The notes below the pieces were generated by a model, which saw nothing but the letters and a program-made list of their open reading frames with translations, was not told the origin of the DNA and ran no database searches. A program made the translations under genes and the position numbers. A DNA stretch of 32,000 bases from assembly GCF_000195755.1 (NCBI RefSeq), contig NC_002937.3:960001-992000 (forward strand), written 5' to 3'. This document shows positions 1-7,947 of this stretch, one piece after another; positions within the stretch are counted from its first letter, which is position 1, and every line of letters starts with the position of its first letter. This stretch comes from Nitratidesulfovibrio vulgaris str. Hildenborough (lineage in GTDB: Bacteria > Desulfobacterota > Desulfovibrionia > Desulfovibrionales > Desulfovibrionaceae).

Positions 1-1117
1 CGTATGTCCTGAAGGCGAACCAGACCTTCAGGGCGCGGTTGGCCCGACTCAGGATGAACGTGGTGTTCTTCAGGTCGTGTGGGCTTTCCTGGCCGAGATA
101 GGCCGCCTTGGCCTTGAACGTGTCGGTCTGCACGGTGCGGTCGCGGAAGAGGGTGCAGCCGCATTCGAGGGGGATGAAGAACCATTTGTGCGGGTCGACG
201 CAGACCGAGTCGGCCCTTTCGATGCCGTGCAGCAGCGAGCGACCGTGCTGCGTCAGCAGGGCAGCACCGCCATAGGCTGCGTCGACATGCAGCCACAGGC
301 CTTCGTCGGCGCAGATGTCGGCCAGCGCGTCCAGAGGGTCGACGGCCCCGGCGGTGACGGTGCCTGCCTGCCCCACGACACAGAAGGGGGCGAAGCCCGC
401 GGCCCTGTCGGCGCGGATGCGCTCGCGCAGCGCCTCCGGGATGATGCGGCATGCCGCGTCGGAAGGGATGGCCCGGACGTTCTCGCTGCCGAGGCCAAGC
501 AGGGCCGCCGAACGTTCGATGGACATGTGCCCCTGGTCGGAGACGTAGAGCACGGGCGTCTTGTCGAGCGCACACAGGCCTCGCGTGCCGACCTCCGGGA
601 AGTGTGCATGGCGCGCGACGGTGAGGCCCATGAGATTGGCCATGGTCCCGCCGGAGACGATGGTGCCGCCCGCCCCTTCGGGGAAGCCCAGCAGTCTGTG
701 GAACCAGCCGAGTACGATCTCCTCGAGCACTGTGGCGGCGGGGCCGCCCTTGAACGAGAGCGGTGCCTGATTGAGACCGGTGCAGAGCACGTCGCCGATG
801 GTTCCGGCGGGTGCTGGGCTGGTGGTTATCCATGCGAGAAAGCGCGGGTGTCCGATGCGGGTGGCGAAAGGCGCCACATGGTCGGCGACCTCCTGCAAGG
901 CGGCGTCCACGCCGATGCCCTCCACGGGCAGGTCACCGGGAATGGCGGCGACGATGGCGTCGTGAGAGGCGGGATGCACCACCGGGGCGTCGGCGATGTG
1001 CGCGATGCGGTCGGCGATCATTCCGGCGACGCGGGTGAGGTCGCCGTGCAGGTCGTCGAGGTCGAGCGTCTCGAAGGGTGGCATGGTCGTGGTCTCCGCC
1101 TCCGGCATGTGTCCCAT
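1..1117 (-). CDS. Pyridoxal-phosphate-dependent group II amino-acid decarboxylase (DDC/GAD/HDC fold); N-terminal ~372 codons only, C-terminus lies beyond the window start
   Basis: Absent from the supplied track because no stop lies in the window. My own minus-strand translation from ATG 1117..1115 reads MGHMPEAETTTMPPFETLDL...HPRFLAWITTSPAPAG...IVSGGTMANLMGL...LWLHVDAAYGGAALL...SVCVDPHKWFFIPLECG...RANRALKVWFAFRTY, with no stop down to nt 2. The S-G-G-T-x-A-N and D-P-H-K-W (PLP lysine) motifs are hallmarks of group II decarboxylases. The ATG overlaps the cdsA stop (TGATG). Alternative in-frame ATGs lie at 1108 and 1084. Confidence 0.8.
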   Translation of the reverse strand, partial: MGHMPEAETTTMPPFETLDLDDLHGDLTRVAGMIADRIAHIADAPVVHPASHDAIVAAIPGDLPVEGIGVDAALQEVADHVAPFATRIGHPRFLAWITTSPAPAGTIGDVLCTGLNQAPLSFKGGPAATVLEEIVLGWFHRLLGFPEGAGGTIVSGGTMANLMGLTVARHAHFPEVGTRGLCALDKTPVLYVSDQGHMSIERSAALLGLGSENVRAIPSDAACRIIPEALRERIRADRAAGFAPFCVVGQAGTVTAGAVDPLDALADICADEGLWLHVDAAYGGAALLTQHGRSLLHGIERADSVCVDPHKWFFIPLECGCTLFRDRTVQTDTFKAKAAYLGQESPHDLKNTTFILSRANRALKVWFAFRTY

Positions 1118-1923
1118 CAGAAGAACGCCAGCACGCTGTCGGCGGCGGCGTAGACGGGCACCACGAAGAGAAGGCTGTCGATGCGGTCGAGCAGACCACC
1201 ATGACCGGGAAGCAACGTGCCCGAGTCCTTGACGCCGAGGGTGCGCTTGAGTGCCGATTCGAAGAAGTCGCCCAGCTGTGAGGCCGCGTTCAGCAAGACA
1301 CCCAGCATGGCGAACTGCCACCACGGTCGCACACCCCACCACAGGCCGAGGCCCACGCACATGGCGATGCACAGCACAAGGCCGCCTATGCTGCCAGCCC
1401 AGCTCTTCTTGGGGCTGACGCGGGGCCAGATGCGTGCTCTGCCGAGGTAGGTTCCGATGTAGTAGGCACCGGTGTCGGAGATGAAGGCGGCAAGGGCCAC
1501 CAGCAACTGGTCGCGTAACGAAAGATGCAGCACGGGCAGCAGCAGGAGGGGGACATACAGCAGGCCTGCGGCGAGAATCTGGCCGTCGGCGAAGCGGCTT
1601 TCATCGTCGCCACGTCCCCAGTCGCCGAGGAACTGCAACGCGCCAGCGAGAAAGGCTCCGGCAAGGCAGCCCACGATGAGCCATGGCTTGTCGAGGTGCC
1701 CTGCCACCAGCATGCCCGCGCCCAGCACGAGGCCTATGGCCTTCATGTGCAGTTTGTCATTGCATGGCCAGAACATGGTGTAGAATTCGAGCAGGGCGAG
1801 CGATGACGCCACAAGCGCAAGCAGGACGAGAACCCAGCCCCCGAGGGCGAGTCCGGCGGTGAGCAGCAGGGCGAGGGCCGCGCCCGTTACGAGGCGCTGC
1901 AGGTGTGAGGTGGCGAGGGTCAT
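1117..1923 (-). CDS. cdsA: Phosphatidate cytidylyltransferase (CDP-diglyceride synthase)
   Basis: 268-aa ORF, multi-pass hydrophobic. Carries the CTP_transf_1 signatures SDTGAYYIGTYLGR, KKSWAGSIGG and KDSGTLLPGHGGLLDRIDS. Its ATG overlaps the uppS stop (ATGA at 1920-1923). It sits in the conserved position after uppS. Confidence 0.93.
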   Translation of the reverse strand: MTLATSHLQRLVTGAALALLLTAGLALGGWVLVLLALVASSLALLEFYTMFWPCNDKLHMKAIGLVLGAGMLVAGHLDKPWLIVGCLAGAFLAGALQFLGDWGRGDDESRFADGQILAAGLLYVPLLLLPVLHLSLRDQLLVALAAFISDTGAYYIGTYLGRARIWPRVSPKKSWAGSIGGLVLCIAMCVGLGLWWGVRPWWQFAMLGVLLNAASQLGDFFESALKRTLGVKDSGTLLPGHGGLLDRIDSLLFVVPVYAAADSVLAFF

Positions 1924-2663
1924 TGTTCGATCTGCTCCTGAGTGCGTCCGAAGCGGCGGCTGCGTCCCGCATAGGTCTCGAGTGCCTTATGCAGTTCGGC
2001 GGGGGTGAAGTCGGGCCAGAGCGTGTCAGTGAAGTAGAATTCGCTGTAGGCACTCTGGAACAACAGGTAGTTGCTGATGCGTATCTCGCCGCTGGTGCGG
2101 ATGACGAGGTCGGGGTCGGGCTGCCCGGCCGTATAGAGGCGTGCGGCGAAGGCCTCCTCCGTGATGTCCGCGGGGGCGACGCCCTCTGTGACAAGACTGC
2201 GGCACGCGCGGAGTATCTCTTCACGACCGGAATAGTTGAGCGCGAGGTTCAGCATCATGGCGTCACAATGGGCCGTGCGGCCTATGGCGTGTTGCAGGGC
2301 CATGCGCGTTGCCATGGGCAGGTCTTCAAGCGCACCGAAAACGTTGAGGCGTATGCCCTGTCTCTCAAGGTTGGCAAGCTCACGCCCAAGGAAGTCCACC
2401 AGCAATTCGAACAGGAACTTGACCTCGCTCTTGGGGCGGCTCCAGTTTTCGCGTGAGAAGGTGTACATGGTCAGGTGGCGGATGCCCACGGTGCGCGCCT
2501 CCGTGACGATGGCACGGGCGGCTTCGGTGCCCGCCTTGTGCCCTTCGCTGCGCGAGAGGCCGCGCATGGTGGCCCATCGTCCGTTGCCGTCCATGATGAT
2601 GGCCACATGGGCGGGCAGGGCTGCTGCCGACACGGATACCTGTTCGTTGCGTGAGTCGCTCAC
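1920..2663 (-). CDS. uppS: Di-trans,poly-cis-undecaprenyl-diphosphate synthase
   Basis: Contains HVAIIMDGNGRWA, FSRENWSRP and the C-terminal RRFG motif typical of cis-prenyltransferases. The track ORF runs to 2774, but that extension covers the frr terminator hairpin. I place the start at GTG 2663..2661, preceded by GGAAG (2672..2668). This gives 247 aa with about 17 residues before HVAIIMDGNGRWA, the same spacing I recall for E. coli UppS. Confidence 0.9.
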   Translation of the reverse strand: MSDSRNEQVSVSAAALPAHVAIIMDGNGRWATMRGLSRSEGHKAGTEAARAIVTEARTVGIRHLTMYTFSRENWSRPKSEVKFLFELLVDFLGRELANLERQGIRLNVFGALEDLPMATRMALQHAIGRTAHCDAMMLNLALNYSGREEILRACRSLVTEGVAPADITEEAFAARLYTAGQPDPDLVIRTSGEIRISNYLLFQSAYSEFYFTDTLWPDFTPAELHKALETYAGRSRRFGRTQEQIEQ

Positions 2664-2723
2664 GGTCTTCCTTGTGCGGGGGTTACGTGAATGTGGGGGG
2701 CCGTTGCATCCGTGCCCGACGCA

Positions 2724-2760
2724 GGTAAAGCGAAAGGCAGGCGGGCGAACCCGCCTGCCT
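2724..2760 (-). terminator. Rho-independent terminator after frr
   Basis: Minus-strand RNA forms GGCAGGCGGG-UUCG-CCCGCCUGCC, a perfect 10-bp stem (2750-2759 pairing with 2736-2745) with a tetraloop. It is followed by UUUCGCUUU and begins about 20 nt after the frr stop. Confidence 0.7.
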
Positions 2761-2780
2761 GTCAGGCACGGCAAAGGACA

Positions 2781-3341
2781 TTAGATGTCCATGATTTCCT
2801 TTTCTTTCGCACCGGCCTTCTCGTCGGTCTTGGCGACGAAACGGTCCGTGAGCTTCTGGACGTCCTCCTGCGCCTTGCGCAAGTCGTCTTCAGAAAGCTC
2901 CTTGTTCTTCTCGAGCTTCTTGAGCTGCTCGTTGGCGTCGCGGCGGACGTTGCGCACGGCGACCTTGGCCTCTTCCGCGTACTTGCGCGCCATCTTGCCG
3001 AGGTCTTTGCGGCGTTCTTCGGTCAGCGGCGGGATGTTGATGCGGATGATCTTGCCGTCGTTGACAGGGTTGAGGCCGAGGTCGGACTTGAGGATGGCCT
3101 TTTCGATGAGCGAGAAGGCGTTGCGGTCCCACGGCTGGATGGTGATGCAGCGGCTGTCGGGCACGGCAACGGAGGCCACCTGGCTGATGGGGGTGGGGGT
3201 GCCGTAATAGTCCACCTTGATACCGTCTACCAGCGAGGCGGAGGCGCGACCGGTGCGCAGCCTGGAGAATTCGCGTTCGAGCGCGGCAATGGCCTTTTCC
3301 ATGCGCTCTTCGGCGTCGAGGAGAATGCTGTCCATATCCAT
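2781..3341 (-). CDS. frr: Ribosome recycling factor
   Basis: 186-aa ORF reading [56 protein letters not shown]...ITIQPWD, the classic RRF sequence. An AAGGAGG SD lies inside the pyrH 3' end. Confidence 0.97.
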
Positions 3342-3344
3342 ATG

Positions 3345-4061
3345 TTAGCCTCCTTGTACGATGGTCCCGACCTCTTCGCCGCAGACCACTCGCTTGATGC
3401 TGCCCTTGAACATGTTGCACACGATGATGGGCACCTCGTTCTCCATGGCGAGGGTGATGGCCGTGGAGTCCATGACGCCCAGCTTGCGCTGCAGGGTCTC
3501 GACATAGGTGAGACGCGGGAACAGCACGGCGTCATCATGCTTCATGGGGTCCTTGTCGTAGACCCCGTCCACCTTGGTGGCCTTGATGATGGCTTCGCAC
3601 TTCAGTTCCATGCCACGCAACGCGGCGGCGGTGTCGGTCGTGAAGTAGGGGTTGCCGGTGCCGGCGGCGCAGATGACCACGCGCCCCTTTTCAAGGTGAC
3701 GTTCGGCGCGGCGGCGGATGTAGGGCTCGCAGACCTCCTGCATGGTGATGGCAGAGAGCACGCGCGTGGGGTGCCCGAGCTTTTCCAGCGCGTCCTGCAC
3801 GGCAAGTGCGTTCAGGACGGTGGCCAGCATGCCCATGTAGTCGGCCGAGGAACGGTCCATGCCCTTGGCGGACGAGGAGAGTCCACGGAAGATGTTGCCG
3901 CCGCCGATGACGAGGGCAACCTGAAGCCCCATGTCCACGACGTCCGCGATTTCATGGCATATCTTTGAAACTGTGGCGGGGTCAATACCGAACTTGTTCT
4001 CGCCCGCAAGGGCCTCGCCGCTGAGTTTGAGCAGCACGCGCTTGTACTTGAGTTCGCTCAT
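3345..4061 (-). CDS. pyrH: UMP kinase
   Basis: 238-aa ORF with [24 protein letters not shown] and [17 protein letters not shown] motifs of the amino-acid-kinase-fold UMP kinase. A GGAGAGGGACGGA SD lies upstream. Confidence 0.97.
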   Translation of the reverse strand: MSELKYKRVLLKLSGEALAGENKFGIDPATVSKICHEIADVVDMGLQVALVIGGGNIFRGLSSSAKGMDRSSADYMGMLATVLNALAVQDALEKLGHPTRVLSAITMQEVCEPYIRRRAERHLEKGRVVICAAGTGNPYFTTDTAAALRGMELKCEAIIKATKVDGVYDKDPMKHDDAVLFPRLTYVETLQRKLGVMDSTAITLAMENEVPIIVCNMFKGSIKRVVCGEEVGTIVQGG

Positions 4062-4109
4062 TCCGTCCCTCTCCGGAGGTTGGGGTTGCGTGAAGCAGGT
4101 GCCTGTGAC

Positions 4110-4877
4110 CTACTTGTGTTCGAAGGGGCGTCCCCAGTCTCCTTCCTCTATGCGCAGGTGCTTGAGGAAGGCGTAGAAGGCCCCGTGGATTGCGTTGATG
4201 AACCCGGCACGGCCATCGAGAAAGCCGCGCTTGATGATGTAGATGCGAATGAAACGCCCCGCGCCGTGGCAAAGCCCGGCACAGAGACCGCCCCGTTTGC
4301 CCTTGGCGCGCAGGTCGTCGGCACCTTTCTGGGCATAGTCGTTGACCTTGTCGAGGTGCTGCCTGAAGCTTTCGTAGGGGTAGTGCAGGATGTCGCCCGT
4401 GAGCGTCCCCGTCTCCCCGTCGGGATGGAACGAATAGTGCGCGCCAGAGACCTCGACCCTCATGCGTCCGGCACGGAAGAGACGGAGCAGATGATCGGGA
4501 TACCAGCCGCTATGCTTCAGGAACCTGTCGAAATACCATGACCTGCGCGGAATCCAGTAGCCGGCCTCGCCCGAATCCGCAGCCGTGGCGGCGAGGATGC
4601 TGTCGCGAAGCTCTTCGGAGCATATCTCGTCCTGGTCGAGGCTGACAATCCAGCCATCGGAAATCTTCTCGAGTGCGAAGGCGAACTGCGGGCCGGGGCC
4701 TTCCCATTTGCGTTGCAGCACTTCGGCACCTGCGGCTTGCGCGATGGCGACGGTGGCATCGGTCGAGAACGAGTCGACGACCAGAATCCTGTCGCAGAAG
4801 GCCAGAGACCCGAGACAACGGTCGAGGAGGCGTTCTCCGTTGTAGGTGAGGACAAGGGCCGTGATCGTCGGGCGCAT
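4110..4877 (-). CDS. Family 2 glycosyltransferase (GT-A fold), substrate unknown
   Basis: Reads ITALVLTYNGERLLDRCLGSLAFCDRILVVDSFSTDATVAIAQ...SLDQDE, a GT2 N-terminal nucleotide-sugar domain with a DxD-like motif. The track ORF starts at 5009. I prefer ATG 4877..4875, which is preceded by GGGAGAAAGCG and gives 255 aa. Confidence 0.8.
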   Translation of the reverse strand: MRPTITALVLTYNGERLLDRCLGSLAFCDRILVVDSFSTDATVAIAQAAGAEVLQRKWEGPGPQFAFALEKISDGWIVSLDQDEICSEELRDSILAATAADSGEAGYWIPRRSWYFDRFLKHSGWYPDHLLRLFRAGRMRVEVSGAHYSFHPDGETGTLTGDILHYPYESFRQHLDKVNDYAQKGADDLRAKGKRGGLCAGLCHGAGRFIRIYIIKRGFLDGRAGFINAIHGAFYAFLKHLRIEEGDWGRPFEHK

Positions 4878-5088
4878 CGCTTTCTCCCGTTGGGCATCGG
4901 TGGCGTGTGGCATCATCGCCTGCGGAACATGCTGCATGGTGGTCGTGCGTGTCCCCGTCCGGCAGGCTTCGACTGTCGTGCAGCAGCAGTCGAAGTGGGC
5001 ACGGAACACTGTCCCGTCTGCCGTGGCTGTTCAGTGGCAGGGGCGTTGCCGTGTCCTGCCAGCGCAGCGCATTCTGCCATTATCGCTC

Positions 5089-5117
5089 AAAAAAAGGGGG
5101 TCTTGCGACCCCCTTTT
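5089..5117 (-). terminator. Rho-independent terminator after tsf
   Basis: GGGGGUC-GCAA-GACCCCC, a 7-bp GC stem (5096-5102 pairing with 5107-5113), followed on the minus strand by U7 (5095..5089). It starts about 22 nt after the tsf stop. A short T run on the plus side makes it look bidirectional. Confidence 0.85.
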
Positions 5118-5139
5118 CGATCTAGCACAGTCCGGCGGG

Positions 5140-6003
5140 TTACTCCGCGGCCTCTTCGGCAGCGGCGTCCTCGCCAAGCTGGAAGCGGACAAAGCGGGCA
5201 ACGCCCAGATTGTCGCCCACAGCCTTGCTGGTCTGCTTCAGCAGTTCGGCAACGGTGGTCTTGTCGTCGCGGATGTAGGGCTGCTCAAGCAGGCAGGCTT
5301 CCTTGAAGAACTTCTTCACGGCACCCTCGGCGATCTTCTCGACGATGTTCTCGGGCTTGCCTTCTTCAAGGGCCTTCTGGCGGTACACTTCGCGCTCACG
5401 GGCGATGAGGGCGGGGTCGACCTTGTCGGCGCTCACGGCAGCGGGGTTGCTGGCCGCAATCTGCATGGCCACGTTCTTGGCGCATTCCAGGAAGGTGGCT
5501 TCGGCAGCGGTGGCGGCCTTCTCGCAGGTCATCTCCACGAGAACGGCAATCTTGCCGTTGGAGTGGAGGTAGCTGCCGATGAAGCCCTCACCGGCGACGT
5601 TCATCTGCGCGGTGCGGCCGGAGCCCATGTTCTCGCCAAGGGTGGCGATGATGTCGTTGATGGCGGTCTGGGCCGATTCGTCGAGGGCACCCTTGGTGGC
5701 AACCTGTTCGGCAAGCTTGCCGGCCAGTTCGACGAACTTCTCGTTGCGCGACACGAAGTCGGTCTCGCACTTGAGTTCGGCAAGGCCTGCGGTCTTGCCG
5801 TCGGCAGACACGAAGCAACCGACGAGACCTTCAGAGGTGGCACGACCGGCCTTCTTGGCGGCCTTGGAAAGACCCTTCTGGCGCAGCCAGTCGACGGCCT
5901 TGTCCATCTCGCCCCCGCACTCTTCAAGGGCCTTCTTGCAGTCCATCATGCCAGCGCTGGTCTTCTCGCGCAGTTCCTTGACCATGGAAGCAGTTATAGC
6001 CAT
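5140..6003 (-). CDS. tsf: Translation elongation factor Ts
   Basis: 287-aa ORF starting MAITASMVKELREKTSAGMMDCKKALEECGGEMDKAVDWLRQKG (UBA-like N-terminal EF-Ts signature), with AMQIAASNP further on. It lies directly downstream of rpsB. Confidence 0.97.
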   Translation of the reverse strand: MAITASMVKELREKTSAGMMDCKKALEECGGEMDKAVDWLRQKGLSKAAKKAGRATSEGLVGCFVSADGKTAGLAELKCETDFVSRNEKFVELAGKLAEQVATKGALDESAQTAINDIIATLGENMGSGRTAQMNVAGEGFIGSYLHSNGKIAVLVEMTCEKAATAAEATFLECAKNVAMQIAASNPAAVSADKVDPALIAREREVYRQKALEEGKPENIVEKIAEGAVKKFFKEACLLEQPYIRDDKTTVAELLKQTSKAVGDNLGVARFVRFQLGEDAAAEEAAE

Positions 6004-6029
6004 TGGGCGTTCTCCCTTTCTCGTCGTGG

Positions 6030-6794
6030 TTACTCGGCGGCGGCTTCTGCGGCCTTGGGCTCGCTGGCCTTCTTCAGTTCCTCTTCGGCGTCCTGACCCT
6101 TGCGTTCCTTGCGGAGGGCGTCGCCTTCGAGGCAGGCGTCAGCGATGGCGGCGACGAAGAGCTTGATGGCGCGGATGGCGTCGTCGTTACCGGGGATGAC
6201 GAAGTCGATGAGGTCGGGATCGCAGTTGGTATCGGTGACAGCCACGATCGGGATGCCGAGCTTGCGGCATTCCTTGATGGCGATGTCTTCGCGGTGGGGG
6301 TCGATGACGAAGGCGAGCTGGGGCAGCTTGTCCATGTCCTTGATACCGCCGAGGGTCGCCAGAAGCTTGTCCATTTCGCGCTGGAGGCGAAGGATTTCCT
6401 TCTTCTGGTAACGGTTGACGGTGCCGTCGGCGAACATGGCCTCAAGCTTCTTCAGACGGTCGATGCTCTTCTGGATGGTGAAGAAGTTGGTGAGCGTGCC
6501 GCCCATCCAACGGTTGGTCACGTAGAACTGACCGGCGCGACCGGCTTCGGTGGCCACGGCTTCCTGCGCCTGACGCTTGGTGCCGATGAACATCACGCGG
6601 CCGCCGTTGGCGACGGTGTCGACCACCTTGTCATGGGCGACGCGGAACATCTTCACGGTCTGCTGAAGGTCGATGATATGGATGCCGTTACGGGCGCCGA
6701 AGATGAAAGGACGCATCTTGGGGTTCCAGCGGCGGGTCTGGTGGCCGAAGTGGACACCCGTCTCCAGCATTTGCTTCATGCTGACGTAAGCCAT
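6030..6794 (-). CDS. rpsB: 30S ribosomal protein S2
   Basis: Reads [46 protein letters not shown], the canonical S2 N-terminus. The track ORF extends to 7052, but the ATG at 6794..6792 is preceded by AAGGAG and gives 254 aa. Confidence 0.97.
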   Translation of the reverse strand: MAYVSMKQMLETGVHFGHQTRRWNPKMRPFIFGARNGIHIIDLQQTVKMFRVAHDKVVDTVANGGRVMFIGTKRQAQEAVATEAGRAGQFYVTNRWMGGTLTNFFTIQKSIDRLKKLEAMFADGTVNRYQKKEILRLQREMDKLLATLGGIKDMDKLPQLAFVIDPHREDIAIKECRKLGIPIVAVTDTNCDPDLIDFVIPGNDDAIRAIKLFVAAIADACLEGDALRKERKGQDAEEELKKASEPKAAEAAAE

Positions 6795-6908
6795 TGTAGA
6801 CTCCTTCAGAAAAGGGGGTTTTGCTTCCACCCCGGCCATGGCCCTCAAGCCCGCCCGTGCGGGCACCCCGGGCCGAAACCGGAGTGTGCTTGATATGAAA
6901 AGCAGGGT

Positions 6909-6937
6909 TGCATACCTGATATGCGCGCGGGATGCAA
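6909..6937 (-). promoter_or_regulatory. Candidate sigma70-type promoter for rpsB-tsf (TTGCAT-N17-TATGCA)
   Basis: Minus-strand TTGCAT (6937..6932), a 17-nt spacer and TATGCA (6914..6909). This would give a leader of about 100 nt. Pattern match only. Confidence 0.3.
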
Positions 6938-7140
6938 GTGTGCGATGCGGAAAAAAGCGGGCATGGGGCAGAGACCCGGTGCCGGGCTTGACGGCTGTGG
7001 CGCGCTGGCACAGGCGCCCCGTGGCGTCTTGTCGGGGGGGGGCTGCCTTCACCGCGGGGTGTCCGGCAGGGCGGCTTCACGCTACGGTCGCGTGTCTTCG
7101 TGGCAGGCGGCCATCCGGAGGCCGCCACCCTGCGCCATGT

Positions 7141-7920
7141 CTACTGGAGGGGCGTATCGCCAGTTGCGTCTTCGTCGGCGGGGATGACGGGGTTGGTCAG
7201 CAGCCCCACCTCGTCGATTTCGACGCGTACCTCGTCACCGGCGTGGATGGGGCCGATGCCTTCGGGGGTTCCGGTCAGCACCAGGTCTCCGGGCAGCAGT
7301 GTCATCACGCGAGAGATGGAACTGAGCAACTCGAAGGGGTGAACCAGCATGTCAGCGGTGTTGCCCTGCTGACGGACTTCACCGTTCACAACGGTGCGGA
7401 GGGTGAGGTTGCCGGGGTCTTCGAGTGCCGTCTCTATCCACGGCCCCACGGGGCAGAAGGTGTCGTACCCCTTGCATCGTCCGAACAGCCCGTCACGCTT
7501 CTGGATGTCGCGCGCGGTGACGTCGTTGGCGCACGTGAAGCCGAAGATGTGCTCGCGTGCCTGTTCCGGGGTGATGTTGCGGCATTGCTTGCCCACCACC
7601 AGTGCGAGTTCGCCCTCGTAGTCTACTCGACCGACGGCAGGAGGCAGGACGATGGGCTCGCCCGTGCCGATGATGGCAGTGGGGGCCTTGAGGAAAAACA
7701 CCGGTTCGTCGGGGACGTCCATGCCCAGTTCGCCTGCGTGCCCGCGGTAGTTGAGACCCACGCAGACGACCTTGGAAGGCGCGACCACTGGCAGGAGCGT
7801 GATTTCGCTCAGCGGGATGGGGGCTTCGTACCCCAGTTGCCGGTTGAGGCACACCACGCCGTCGTCCTGAAGGGCGGCGAAGAAGACGCTGCCGCGATGG
7901 CGGACTCTGATGACGCGCAT
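7141..7920 (-). CDS. Fumarylacetoacetate hydrolase (FAH) family protein (2-keto-4-pentenoate hydratase / oxaloacetate decarboxylase-like)
   Basis: Contains KVVCVGLNYRGHAGELG, DYEGELALVVGK and TGTPEGIG motifs typical of the FAH fold. I prefer ATG 7920..7918, preceded by GGAGG, over the track start at 7941. It lies 27 nt downstream of rnj. Confidence 0.85.
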   Translation of the reverse strand: MRVIRVRHRGSVFFAALQDDGVVCLNRQLGYEAPIPLSEITLLPVVAPSKVVCVGLNYRGHAGELGMDVPDEPVFFLKAPTAIIGTGEPIVLPPAVGRVDYEGELALVVGKQCRNITPEQAREHIFGFTCANDVTARDIQKRDGLFGRCKGYDTFCPVGPWIETALEDPGNLTLRTVVNGEVRQQGNTADMLVHPFELLSSISRVMTLLPGDLVLTGTPEGIGPIHAGDEVRVEIDEVGLLTNPVIPADEDATGDTPLQ

Positions 7921-7947
7921 GTGAACCTCCGTGGGGCGCAAGCCCCG

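Noticed and set aside
77-1153. 358-aa plus-strand ORF at the left end of the window.
   Set aside because: The composition is Gly/Ala/Arg/Asp/Val-rich and low in complexity. It lies exactly antisense to a minus-strand frame that carries group II decarboxylase motifs (SGGTMANL, DPHKW). It is a classic high-GC shadow ORF.
2691-3968. 425-aa plus-strand ORF. Similar long antisense ORFs lie at 4846-6096, 6003-6893, 6838-8616, 8770-9576, 11366-13036, 20280-21149, 21227-22489 and 22311-23711 (plus strand). Others lie at 17092-18057, 18481-19218, 24872-25399, 25430-26284, 26070-26807, 26901-27536, 27750-28430, 29430-30182 and 29722-30351 (minus strand).
   Set aside because: Each lies antisense to a gene with unmistakable family motifs (frr/pyrH, tsf, rpsB, rnj, EF-G, hom, the aminotransferase, mltA, the kinase, aroC, recD2, NlpC/P60, mtaB). 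Their translations are dominated by G/A/R/V/D/H/L repeats with no recognisable domains. Stop-codon depletion in GC-rich DNA explains their length.
6795-7052. N-terminal extensions of track ORFs: rpsB to 7052, uppS to 2774, GT2 to 5009, hom to 22561, aminotransferase to 24095, kinase from 18169, usp from 24166, aroC from 24875, mltA from 16426.
   Set aside because: The extensions have Arg/Pro/Cys-rich non-protein-like composition. They overlap terminators or neighbouring genes. In each case an internal start with a good Shine-Dalgarno sequence reproduces the canonical family N-terminus.
7106-7126. Hairpin GGCGGCC-N7-GGCCGCC just after the FAH-family stop, considered as a terminator. GC hairpins after the EF-G stop (about 11405-11465) and the amidohydrolase stop (15495-15510) are similar.
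   Set aside because: None is followed by a U tract on the relevant strand. They may be Rho-dependent sites or simply GC-rich palindromes, and they are not reportable as terminators.
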